Of a stretch of DNA of 64,000 bases, positions 48,653 to 59,282 are shown in pieces. A program made the translations under genes and the position numbers. The number at the start of each line of letters is the position of its first letter. The first letter of the stretch is position 1. The DNA is taken from assembly GCA_001600695.1 (NCBI GenBank), contig BCKQ01000021.1, forward strand, positions 1-64,000, given 5' to 3'. The notes under the pieces were generated by a model, which was not told the origin of the DNA, made no database searches, and was given only the letters and a program-made list of their open reading frames with translations. Source of the stretch: Ascoidea asiatica JCM 7603 (lineage: Eukaryota > Fungi > Ascomycota).

Positions 48653-50584
48653 TTATTTTTCATTAGATAATGAAGAATTCGATTCTAAATTAGTTTCTTC
48701 GCCTAATTCTTCATCATGTTGTTTTTGAATCATTGCTGCAAATCCAAATCTTGATTTTTTTCTTAACATTGGACCCCATTTTTCAAAAACCCATGGAACT
48801 GGAAGCATAGCAAATGCAATAAATCCAAAAACTGATGATGCCCATCCAGTACCTAATTTATGATACATTTGTACTGTAAATAATGGAAAAATTGATGCAA
48901 TTATATATCTTAAAAGGTTATTTGCTGCTAATGCTGATGCAACTGAAATTGCAGGATATGATAATGTAAAATAAATCATACAACTAAAAAAAATTAAAAT
49001 TAATGAAAATCCAAATGGTATACCTGCTAATGTTGGTACAATCCAATGAACATTTTCTCTTGCAGACCAACCTAACCAAAATAAACTTGGTGGTAAACAA
49101 ACTGCTCCAACTTTACAAATACCTAATCTTGATTCAGGTTCTGGAAATTTTAAATTTCCATTTTCATCTAAATCACCTCTTTTACCATTTGGATTAATTT
49201 TCCAATATTTTAATCTATCAATTAAAATATAATAAATTGTACCTAATAATAATCCAAGTCCAATACCTAAAAATGGTAATCCACCAATTCCTGTACTCAT
49301 ACCATATGTACCAATAAAAATTATTGGATATGCTTCAAAAAATCCAAATAAAACTGCAAATACAAATGCAATATAAATTGAAAAAACCATAACAATTGGT
49401 TCAACAAATAACATTTCAATTGGTTTAATTAAAGTAATTGTAAAAATAATTTTTAAAAAATTTAAATCAATTTTTGGTAAATCTAATTTTATACCTCTTT
49501 TTATTGCACGTTTTCTTAAAATTACAGGTTTATAAGTTTCTGGTAATAATAATACAGGTAATAAAATTGCACCTGCTGCCATTAAATTTACCCACATTGT
49601 CCATTTCCAACCTTTATTTTCTGCAACAAATCCTCCAATAATTGGTCCTAAAATTGGTCCTAAAAATGGTGAAAGACAAAATGATGCCATTGCAATACCT
49701 TGCATTTCAGGTTCCCAAATATCAGAAATTGTACCACCTGCAACTGCCATTGCTGGTGATGCAAAAAATCCACTAAAAAATCTTAAAATTAAAACTGAAT
49801 AAATTTTATTTGATAAACCAACACCCATTGTAAATAACATTGAAGTTGGTAATGAAATTATATAAACAATTCTTCTACCAAATAATTCTGAAATTGGTGC
49901 TGCAAATGCTGGTCCAAATGCTAAACCAATTAAATAAAATGTTAAACCAGATAAACCTAAAGTTTGTGAGATATTAAATTGAATTTCTAAATATGCTAAA
50001 CCTGAAACAAATAATGATGAACCAAATGTTACAACTAAACAAATAAATGCAACAGTCATTGTTGATCTCCATCTTTTCCTTAATGACCAATTTTTTGGAT
50101 TATCAGGATCAGTATCATTATCCCAATCTAAATCACTTAAAGAAACTAAATTATCTTCATCATTTTCATCTTCTTTATTATTATTATTATTATTATTAAT
50201 AGATTTACTATTTTTATGAGAAACTATTGATTTTAATTCATTTTGAAAATTTTCTGCAGGAGTTATTGTTAAACTTCTTGTTTTAATTAATTTAATTTCA
50301 TTATCAATTTCTTCATTTGTTAATTTTCTTGATAATGTTTTTTTTAAAATTAAATTATTATTATTATTATTGTTATTACTTGAATCAGTTGTTTTATAAG
50401 TATCTAAAAATTTTTCATTTCTAACTGAATCATCATCATCATCATTATTATCACTATTATTACTACTGATATTATTATCTATATTATTAATTTGATTTTT
50501 CAGAACAGTTAAATTTGAAGTTTTATTTGAAATAGTTGAAGTGAATACTTCATCTTTTTTAGAAGATTCATTATTATCCACCAT
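48653..50584 (-). CDS. TPO4: MFS DHA1 polyamine/drug antiporter, Tpo4-like (paralog A)
   Basis: DLDWD..DPDNPKNWS, GLTFYL, APISELFGRR, PETYKPVILRKRA, EPIV, LFGFFEAY. Confidence 0.88.
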   Translation of the reverse strand: MVDNNESSKKDEVFTSTISNKTSNLTVLKNQINNIDNNISSNNSDNNDDDDDSVRNEKFLDTYKTTDSSNNNNNNNNLILKKTLSRKLTNEEIDNEIKLIKTRSLTITPAENFQNELKSIVSHKNSKSINNNNNNNKEDENDEDNLVSLSDLDWDNDTDPDNPKNWSLRKRWRSTMTVAFICLVVTFGSSLFVSGLAYLEIQFNISQTLGLSGLTFYLIGLAFGPAFAAPISELFGRRIVYIISLPTSMLFTMGVGLSNKIYSVLILRFFSGFFASPAMAVAGGTISDIWEPEMQGIAMASFCLSPFLGPILGPIIGGFVAENKGWKWTMWVNLMAAGAILLPVLLLPETYKPVILRKRAIKRGIKLDLPKIDLNFLKIIFTITLIKPIEMLFVEPIVMVFSIYIAFVFAVLFGFFEAYPIIFIGTYGMSTGIGGLPFLGIGLGLLLGTIYYILIDRLKYWKINPNGKRGDLDENGNLKFPEPESRLGICKVGAVCLPPSLFWLGWSARENVHWIVPTLAGIPFGFSLILIFFSCMIYFTLSYPAISVASALAANNLLRYIIASIFPLFTVQMYHKLGTGWASSVFGFIAFAMLPVPWVFEKWGPMLRKKSRFGFAAMIQKQHDEELGEETNLESNSSLSNEK

Positions 50585-51061
50585 TTTAGAGATTTAAATT
50601 AGAATTAATAATTAAATTTGGTTTTAAATTTGGTAATTTAATTGAATATACCAAGAATGAAATATAAGAGAATAGATAACGATAATTAAGAAACAAGAAA
50701 ACGAAAAAAAAAATAAAATTAAAATAAGAAGAAAAGTAAAATAAAATAAGAAGAAGTTAAAGTTGATTTGATTTGATTTAACTTAGTTCGATTACGTATA
50801 TATTATTGAAGTTATTAAAGAGAATTTTGAATCTTTTATATTATATTATTTTAATTTATTTCAATTGCTCTTGAGGTATTTCTTAAAAATTATTTAAAGA
50901 ATATGAAAGAACCGAAAAAAAAAAAGAGAAAGAATAAAAGAATGAAATAAAGAAAAAAAGAAATTAGGATGGAAAGAAAATAAGTTTTAAGTATCGTGCA
51001 AGATAGGAATCACAGGCTTTGTTATTGAAAAATATGTATACCAATTTCCATAGATCTTATA

Positions 51062-51139
51062 TTACTAACCTTTTTTCTGAATAAAACTGTTACTAATATT
51101 CTTCTTTGAAATTTTCTTTTTATATGAAATTATTAGTAA
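51062..51139. promoter_or_regulatory. Three Yap1-type response elements (TTACTAA 51062, TTACTAA 51090, TTAGTAA 51133)
   Basis: Three consensus matches within 78 bp, about 0.5 kb upstream of TPO4 paralog A. The AT-rich background weakens the signal. Confidence 0.4.
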
Positions 51140-51960
51140 TTTTTACTTGTTAGCCTTAAACATTTGAAATTTGAATTGAATCCTTCATTGCTTCTTAGTT
51201 GATTCTACTTTTATTATTTTCATTCAAAATTTTAATTATCAATTCTAGATGAAGTATTAACAAAAAAAAAGAGAGAGCAAAATTTAAAATAGATAGAAAC
51301 TAATAGTTAACTGTTATACTGATACTAAAAGTAATATATTATTTTTCAGTATAAAATTTGGATTTGCATGTTAATCTTCGAGATAAACTCATATTCCTTA
51401 ACAAATTATTCAAAATGACAAAACAATTTCTTGGAATCGAGAGAAGACGATCCGAATGGAAACAGAAAGAGAAAAAATGCAGCTTGCTATGGAGCTATAG
51501 CCGACGGGTAAACTCTAAGGAAACAGGTACGGAAAATACTCGGATAAAAATACATAAATCCGTCTCGGAGCAGTTTCCCAAAAGGCCTACAAGCAGCCGA
51601 GCCGAGCTTCAGGGTTCATTATTGCATTCGGTTCGGAAAGAAGTAAACGCAACTTGACGAAAATTTATAAATTTGTCATAACGCAACTTCAGAACGTAAT
51701 TTTCGAATGTAACGCATCTCTTTTGGGACGTAACTCCTTTGGGACGGAGAAAAAAAAGTTAACCACCTGCCTAAAATTGTTATTACCACCATGATGGGTT
51801 TATTACGTAATATGTTGAAATTTTTGAAACGGGTTTATTTTACCCGCAATGGAACCTTTTCGGCCCGTAGTCATAGATTTTACCATAACCCATACATACG
51901 TTAGAAGAGAATAAATATAAAAATTTATGAATATTTGATATGAAGATTTAATATGAAGAA

Positions 51961-52752
51961 TTAATATGAAGAATGAGTATTTAGATGATTTTTTAATTTA
52001 ACAAATTGATTTTTAAAATTTTTTGAACAATTCCAACAAATTAAATCTGATTTTCTACAAATTAAAGAATTTTTACTTTGAATTTCATTAATTTTTAAAA
52101 TTAAATTACTAAAATCATTATTTTCTTTATTAATTGAATTTAAATTTAATTTAAATTTATCATTAATTAAATCATTTAAATTTAAGAAAAATTCAGTATT
52201 AAAAGAATTATAATGTTCTTTTTTTTTTAAACTTTTACTTATATTATCTTTTGAAATTATATGTAAATGTAAATTATTCATTGAAGGAATTGAATGAAAA
52301 CCAATTTTAAAAAAATTATTCATGGAATTTTCAATTTCTATATCTTTATCTTCATTTATGTCTTCATCTTCATATTCTTCTTTATCCTTTTCATCATTAT
52401 CATCTTCTTTGTTATTTTTATATTCAAATGGTAAATGAATACCATTTTCATTTAAATCTTTTAAAATTATATTTTTCTCAATTAATTTTATGAATTGGAT
52501 TAATTTAAGTTGAAAATTATCATTTTTATTGAATTTTAAATTCTTATTAAATAATAATAATGGATGAATTTTACTTATTTCTAAATTTCTAGGCATTATA
52601 AGATAATGAAATTTAGATTTTGGAAATTTATCTTTAATTAAAGTGAAATCATTATTATAATACAAAACCAAATCATTCAAATTTCTTTCTGGATTCAAGA
52701 TATATGGTTTCAAGCCATTCCTGAAATTGAATCTAGTCTTACTCTCACTCAT
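51961..52752 (-). CDS. HNT3: Aprataxin (HIT domain plus C2H2-like finger)
   Basis: [50 protein letters not shown]. Confidence 0.93.
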   Translation of the reverse strand: MSESKTRFNFRNGLKPYILNPERNLNDLVLYYNNDFTLIKDKFPKSKFHYLIMPRNLEISKIHPLLLFNKNLKFNKNDNFQLKLIQFIKLIEKNIILKDLNENGIHLPFEYKNNKEDDNDEKDKEEYEDEDINEDKDIEIENSMNNFFKIGFHSIPSMNNLHLHIISKDNISKSLKKKEHYNSFNTEFFLNLNDLINDKFKLNLNSINKENNDFSNLILKINEIQSKNSLICRKSDLICWNCSKNFKNQFVKLKNHLNTHSSY

Positions 52753-53621
52753 TTCTCTTTCTCCTTTGTTGAACTGAACTGTTTATCATTTTATTATTTA
52801 TTTCAATATTCATTTCACTCTTTATTTCTTTATTTCTTATCACTGATCCTAAATTTCATTTCATGTTTCCAGAAACAGGACACCGCAAAGAGAATTCTCG
52901 GATTCCTGCTGTTGTTGGCCTTTGTTTTGTTTGTTGACAGTCACGCAAACCTCAGCCTGTTCCCCTCTGCAAACGGGCGGATGGAGCAGACTTGCTTTTT
53001 TAGCTTCAATTTAGAACTCTCTCAGCTATCACAAAAATATCAATGAATTAATAGCAATAAATAAATAGTAAATAATGATAAAGACTGTAAAAAGAGTGTA
53101 AATCACTTATCTCGAATATTTATCTCGAATATTTATCTTGAATATTTATCCAACATTTGTATTTTCATTGACATTGGCATTGATAGATATAGACATTGAC
53201 ATTGAAATTGACATTTAACCGAGTTGAATTTTGTTTATTTGAAATAATTATCATCATTTATTGTAAATTAATCAATAATCAATAATCAATAATCAATAAT
53301 CGATAATAATAATTAAAATTTAAATAAAAGAAACAATTGAAGACTAATTAATAAGCATTTTTATATAGTTGATTAACTTATTTTAAAATATTAGCAATTT
53401 CTATACTTAATTTATCATACTTGAATTTTTTCAATATGTAAAAAAAATTATTACAAATTATTCAAACTCTTTTAAATAATACAATAATTATTCAACTTTT
53501 GATTAATTTTTCATTTCTTTTCTTCCAATTTATATTCAAAAAAAATTGAATTAATATTTTATATCAATTATATATACTCTTGATAAATTCATACTACCAA
53601 AACACTTTTAAAACATTTATA

Positions 53622-55478
53622 ATGAATTCAATTGATGATCAAGATTCAAAAAATTCAAAATCTTATTCAAATCAATTTATTGAACATCAATTGACTAATC
53701 CTCAACGCATTTATAAAAATAATAATAATAATAATAATAATGATAATTTAATCAGAAATTTATCAAATAATGAAATTAATAATGAAATTGATTTGATTAG
53801 AAGTAGATCAATTATTTTCACTCCTGCAGAAAATTTCCAAAATGAACTAAAATCTTTAACAACAAGAAATAATAGTACCAATTTTGATAATAACCCTAAT
53901 AATAATCCTAATAATCCTAATACCAATAATGTTAATAACAAAGATTTAAATGAATTTCCAATAATAGTTTCTGATTTGGATTGGGATAATGATACTGATC
54001 CTGATAATCCAAAAAATTGGAGTCTTTTTAAAAAATGGTTTGCAACAATGACTGTTGCTTATATTTGTTTTGTAACAATGTTTAGTTCTTCAATTTATGT
54101 ACCTAGTGTACCAAATATTGTAAAAAAATTTAATATTTCTGAAACTTTAGCTTTATCTGGTTTAACTTTTTATTTAATTGGTTTATCAATTGGTCCAATA
54201 ATTGCAGCTCCAATTTCTGAAATTTATGGTAGAAAAATTGTATTTTTTTTCACTTTACCAATTTCCATGCTTTTTATTTTAGGTATTGCTTTATCAAAAA
54301 ATATTTATTCAATTTTAATTTTAAGATTTTTTACTTGTCTTTTTGCTTCTCCAGGAATGGCTGTTGCAAGTGGTGTAATTGCTGATATTTGGGAACAACA
54401 AATGCAAGGTCTTGCAATGTCTTTTTTTTGTATGTCTCCATTCTTAGCTCCTGTTTTAGGTCCTGTAATTGGTGGTTTTGTTGTGGAAAAAAAAGATTGG
54501 AGATGGACAATGTGGGTAAATTTAATTGCAGCAGGAATTGCTTTAATTCCAACTTTTATTTTACCAGAATCTTTTAAACCAATTATTCTTAAAAAAAGAG
54601 CAATTAGAAGAAATCTAAATATTGAATCACAATCTTTTTTTGATCCAAATTATTTAAAATTAATGATAAGTGTATCTTTAACAAAACCTTTAAAAATGTT
54701 AATTTTTGAACCAATTGTTTTAGTTTTTTCAATATATTGTATGTTTTTATTTTCTGTTCTTTATGGATTTTTTGAAGCATATCCTATAATTTATAAAGGT
54801 ACTTATAAAATGAATTTAGGTATTTCTGGTTTACCTTATTTAGGTATTGGTATTGGTCTTTTTTTAGGTTTATTTTTTTATATATTAATGGATAGATTAG
54901 TTCTTTGGAAAAAAAATTCAAATGGTACAAGAGGTAATTATGATGAAAATGGTAAATTTATTATGTTAAATCCAGAAAGTATATTATTTGTTGCAAAATT
55001 TGGTGCAATTTCTTTACCACCAAGTTTATTTTGGTTAGGTTGGTCTGCAAGAAAAAATGTTCATTGGATTGTACCAACTTTAGCAGGTATACCATTTGGT
55101 TTTGGTTTAATAATAATTTTTTTTTCAACTTTAATTTATTTTAATTTATCATATCCTGCAATTTCTGTTGCTTCTGCTTTAGCTGCAAATAATTTCTTAA
55201 GATATATAATCTCTTCTGTATTTCCATTATTTTCTGTTCAAATGTATGAAAGATTAGGTAATGGTTGGGCATCTTCAATATTTGGATTTATTTCTTTATT
55301 ATTACTTCCAGTTCCTTGGATTTTTGATAAATGGGGGCCAAAATTAAGACAAACTTCAAGATATGGTTATTCTGCTTTAGCTAGACAAATTCTTGATGAA
55401 GAATCTGGTAAAAATGAATTTGATTCTAATACTTCAAATTCTTTTGACAATATTAACTATAATAAACAAAATATATAA
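53622..55478 (+). CDS. TPO4: MFS DHA1 polyamine/drug antiporter, Tpo4-like (paralog B)
   Basis: Same motifs as paralog A, including the shared N-terminal TPAENFQNELKS; first ATG at 53622. Confidence 0.88.
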   Translation: MNSIDDQDSKNSKSYSNQFIEHQLTNPQRIYKNNNNNNNNDNLIRNLSNNEINNEIDLIRSRSIIFTPAENFQNELKSLTTRNNSTNFDNNPNNNPNNPNTNNVNNKDLNEFPIIVSDLDWDNDTDPDNPKNWSLFKKWFATMTVAYICFVTMFSSSIYVPSVPNIVKKFNISETLALSGLTFYLIGLSIGPIIAAPISEIYGRKIVFFFTLPISMLFILGIALSKNIYSILILRFFTCLFASPGMAVASGVIADIWEQQMQGLAMSFFCMSPFLAPVLGPVIGGFVVEKKDWRWTMWVNLIAAGIALIPTFILPESFKPIILKKRAIRRNLNIESQSFFDPNYLKLMISVSLTKPLKMLIFEPIVLVFSIYCMFLFSVLYGFFEAYPIIYKGTYKMNLGISGLPYLGIGIGLFLGLFFYILMDRLVLWKKNSNGTRGNYDENGKFIMLNPESILFVAKFGAISLPPSLFWLGWSARKNVHWIVPTLAGIPFGFGLIIIFFSTLIYFNLSYPAISVASALAANNFLRYIISSVFPLFSVQMYERLGNGWASSIFGFISLLLLPVPWIFDKWGPKLRQTSRYGYSALARQILDEESGKNEFDSNTSNSFDNINYNKQNI

Positions 55479-55832
55479 CTTAATTTAAATAGAAATTTAA
55501 TAAAAATAAATAAAATAAAATAAAATGTAATAAAAACGATCATTATTTTAAAAATATTTAGTAACTGAAACTCTAGAATAATTTGAAAATAACATTAACT
55601 AATATGAATAAAGAATACTTTTTTTTTATTTTGTTTTCCTTTAAGTTCAGAATGTAAAATTAATCTATGAATTAAAGATCTAAATATGAAAGACACGGTT
55701 GAAAAAAAAGGTAGAATTAAATAATGAGAAATGAAGATTGAAACAAAAAAAAAATTAATGATTAGTTTAAATAGATTAGTTATTAGTTTAATTGAAAATT
55801 CTAAAATCTAATTTGAAGTATTATCTTCAAAT

Positions 55833-58634
55833 TCATATAGTAAATTCACTGGCTGCTTCATTTATTGCTTCTCCAATTTTAGTAAGTTCTGAATTTGCTA
55901 GTTCCCAATCATTATTATCAATTGCATCTCTAATTGAAGGAAATGTCCACCATTCGAACTCCTCTTTTTTATCTGTTAAGAATTCTGGTTTATATTCTTG
56001 AGGTCCAAATAATAAATTTTTATACCAAGGTCTATTTGGATACCCATTAACATCTATTAATCTTCTTTCAAAATTACATAATCTTGCATTCCATTTCCAT
56101 CTATGAATTGATAATAAAGATGGTTCAACATTGGATTCTTGATCTAAAATTTCTTTCCATGTTTTTTTCCAAACTTGATATTCTTTACCATATCTTTGTA
56201 ATAAAGTAATTGGATGAGTTAATTTATTAAAATCTAAAGGAAATTGAATATTATTTTTTTGTAAATCAAACATTTTATGAGCATATGATTCTAAATCTTT
56301 TGTGAAGTCTTCAAGTTTTTTACCATATTGATCTAAATCAACTGGTATTAATGGATCATCAACTAAAGATAAAATAAGATTCGATAAAATTTCAACCAAT
56401 TTTTTATGATAAATCATTTCTGGATCAATTTTTTGATCCTGAAAAGATTTAAAATTATCCATACAAGTACTTTCGAAAATATTACCATTTTGATCGTTTG
56501 TATATTTGATTTCAATTGATGGAACTCCGGCATAGGATAAAAAAGGTAAATAATTTTTGTATTCTTTTAAAGATTCAATATCTTCAATATGAAATTTTTC
56601 AGAAAGTTTTTTATTATTTTGATCTTGATTTTCTTCTTTATTATCATCTTTATTGATTTCATCCACTGAATTAAGAATATCCATTATTAGTGAATTATAT
56701 GAAGGATGAGAAGAGATTTTTAAATCATGACCCCCAACTGCATCACTTAAATCAATATATGCATATATTTCTTTTCTTATTTCTTTAACTCTATCTTCAA
56801 TCCATTCAGTTGCACCTGCAAAGTTATATTCAGTACCATCTATAGACATGAAATAAATTGTTCTCAAAGGTTTCCAACCTAAAACAGAATTTAATTTTGT
56901 AAAAATTTTAACTAATTCCATTAATATAGTTGTACCAGTATTTGGATTTATAGTACCATAACATGAAGAATCTCTTTGAGCACCTATTATTATTGCTTTT
57001 TCACTTTGTTCTTGACCAATTATTTTTCCAACAATATTCCATAATGGGTGAGCATCTCTTTTAATTGATTCAGATTTAAAAAAAAGTTTTGAATTTTTTT
57101 CAGATAAATCACCAGAATAAATTTGGAAATTTTCTTTATTTGGAAAATCTAAAGACCAATCATTTAAATTCGAGTCTGATAAATCAATTTTTATACCATT
57201 ACCAATTATTGAATTTAAGAAGAAAAAAGCATCTTTGAAAGAAATTGTTAAGGAAGGTAAATTTATTGAAGATCTTGAATTTTCCCAGGATAATCCTGCT
57301 GATTCAGGTTTAGTTGAAAACCCTGGTGTTAGAACATCACCAGTTGCAAAATTTGAATTTGCAACAGAATTCTTAAAAATTAAATTATTAATATTATTTG
57401 AATTAATTTGATCAGTTGAAAAAGACTGTAAATAATCTCGATTTGGATCATTAAAAAATACAACAGCATTACAACCGTTTTTTTTAGCAATAGATAATTT
57501 TGAAAATGCTGGAATTTTACCAGTTTTTATAAAACATATTGAATTTTCTTTATTATTATTAGTTTTTGATAATAAATCAATACCATTTGATTTTAAATAG
57601 TTGAAATCTTTTCTTCTACCATAATTTGCATATATTATTCTCCCAGTTAATTCCCCATCTGTGGAGAAATAATTAAAAGCTAATTCATTCAAAATCTTTG
57701 AAGAAGGTTGAGAATCATCGGAATCATCATTTCTTTTAGATAATTGATTAGATAAATCAATTTTATAATTTTCTACTAGATTAGCTTGATATAAAATTTC
57801 ATTATTATTGTTATCATCATTGGATATTAAGTTTAAGGTTGAAATATTTGGATAGTTCAAGAAGGAATTAATTTGGCTAAATTCCATTGGACTTAGAGCA
57901 TCTTGAGTGAAGATGTTATTTATATACCTCGCTAAGGCTAAATCACCTTCAGTACCAGCTAAATGTGGTACAGAAGAAAGATATTGTAAATTTTCTTGCA
58001 TTGAATTAACATTAATTGAACTTTTAATATTTTTTAAAATTGTTTCTTTATTTGAAAATTGGCCATTTGATATATCTAAATTATTTGGATATAAACCAGA
58101 AGAAATAATTATATATAAAAGTCCAGATACAAAAGCAATATATAATAATCTTCTCATTATCAAAGGATTACCAACTTTACTTAAATAAGAATCAAATTTA
58201 ACAGAAAGAAATCTACAGATTTCCACTATTGGATCGAGAATTTTTGATACTGGATTTATAAATTTTGAATTAAAAGAAGATCTAAATCGTTGACTTGCTT
58301 GACTTGCTCGAGAGAAAGAATTTGAAATTAGATTGGTGGCTCTTGTTATGGAAATTGGATTTGAATTCGTTGATGGTGATGATAATATTGGATCATCAAT
58401 CTCAAATTGTTCAATATCTAAAGATTCTTGATTTGCATTTAAAAAACTATCAGCGCTATCATCACTGTTATCATTATTTTCATCAATATTACTATTTCGA
58501 TTGTCATTGTTATTGTTATTGTTATTGTCATTATTTATTATCTCATTATCAATATTGTCAATATTGTCAGGTAGATCCAAATCATCATAGGATGGAGGTT
58601 CGGTTGGTAGCTGGTCATAAGATTGGGACACCAT
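55833..58634 (-). CDS. TRE2: Transferrin-receptor-like PA/M28 protein, Tre1/Tre2 type
   Basis: N-terminal PPSY, single TM, PHLAGT, YANYG, degenerate Zn ligands (IIGAQRD, DGTEY), RPWYKNLLFGP; close to HNT3 as in S. cerevisiae. Confidence 0.82.
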   Translation of the reverse strand: MVSQSYDQLPTEPPSYDDLDLPDNIDNIDNEIINNDNNNNNNNDNRNSNIDENNDNSDDSADSFLNANQESLDIEQFEIDDPILSSPSTNSNPISITRATNLISNSFSRASQASQRFRSSFNSKFINPVSKILDPIVEICRFLSVKFDSYLSKVGNPLIMRRLLYIAFVSGLLYIIISSGLYPNNLDISNGQFSNKETILKNIKSSINVNSMQENLQYLSSVPHLAGTEGDLALARYINNIFTQDALSPMEFSQINSFLNYPNISTLNLISNDDNNNNEILYQANLVENYKIDLSNQLSKRNDDSDDSQPSSKILNELAFNYFSTDGELTGRIIYANYGRRKDFNYLKSNGIDLLSKTNNNKENSICFIKTGKIPAFSKLSIAKKNGCNAVVFFNDPNRDYLQSFSTDQINSNNINNLIFKNSVANSNFATGDVLTPGFSTKPESAGLSWENSRSSINLPSLTISFKDAFFFLNSIIGNGIKIDLSDSNLNDWSLDFPNKENFQIYSGDLSEKNSKLFFKSESIKRDAHPLWNIVGKIIGQEQSEKAIIIGAQRDSSCYGTINPNTGTTILMELVKIFTKLNSVLGWKPLRTIYFMSIDGTEYNFAGATEWIEDRVKEIRKEIYAYIDLSDAVGGHDLKISSHPSYNSLIMDILNSVDEINKDDNKEENQDQNNKKLSEKFHIEDIESLKEYKNYLPFLSYAGVPSIEIKYTNDQNGNIFESTCMDNFKSFQDQKIDPEMIYHKKLVEILSNLILSLVDDPLIPVDLDQYGKKLEDFTKDLESYAHKMFDLQKNNIQFPLDFNKLTHPITLLQRYGKEYQVWKKTWKEILDQESNVEPSLLSIHRWKWNARLCNFERRLIDVNGYPNRPWYKNLLFGPQEYKPEFLTDKKEEFEWWTFPSIRDAIDNNDWELANSELTKIGEAINEAASEFTI

Positions 58635-59282
58635 TATTTAGCTAATTTATGGAAATATTCTGTAATTGAAAATGTTTTCTGTTCTAATGAAAATGCAAAA
58701 TAGGGATCTAAAGCAGTATTATCATTAGCAGCCTATAGCTTAATAGTCAAATTTATTAATATTATATTATATTTAAAAGAACCATTATTTAATTTCTAGA
58801 CTCCATTCCAATTGATTTATTATTGTTTCTATTGATTTTCACTTCTTCTGGTAATAAATCCAGCTCTGCCATCTTTTCTGGTGGTTGGTTTCCTTAAACT
58901 TCATCACAACAACACAGCAAAATGAGCCACTTGTAAGATAAGCCTTGAATTGCCTTTTTAACGAATTAAGTGGAGTATGAAACCATTGTAAAGGATCATG
59001 CATAACAACGTCTAGTTATGTATATTTAGCATATTTATGATTTAAAATTAAGTTCCACAAAACTGGTTTCAATTTTTCAATTTTTTTTTCAAATTTTGGT
59101 ATTTTTTTTGATCTTAATTTTTTTCTCTAATGAAAAATTGAATAATAAGTGAAATAATTTATTTTTGACATATTTTTAGTTATTCATTAACAATCAGAAA
59201 AGATACTATTCAATTTGTTTAGTTTGTTTTAATTTAATATAAGTTTAGTGATACTAATCTAAACTTTTAAACTCTAGTTAAA

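Noticed and set aside
51358-51657. 99-aa ORF
   Set aside because: TTG start, atypical codons, overlaps a CGG-rich regulatory block.
59060-59145. RRPE-like TGAAAAATT motifs upstream of RIO1
   Set aside because: Plausible for a ribosome-biogenesis gene but indistinguishable from background at this AT content.
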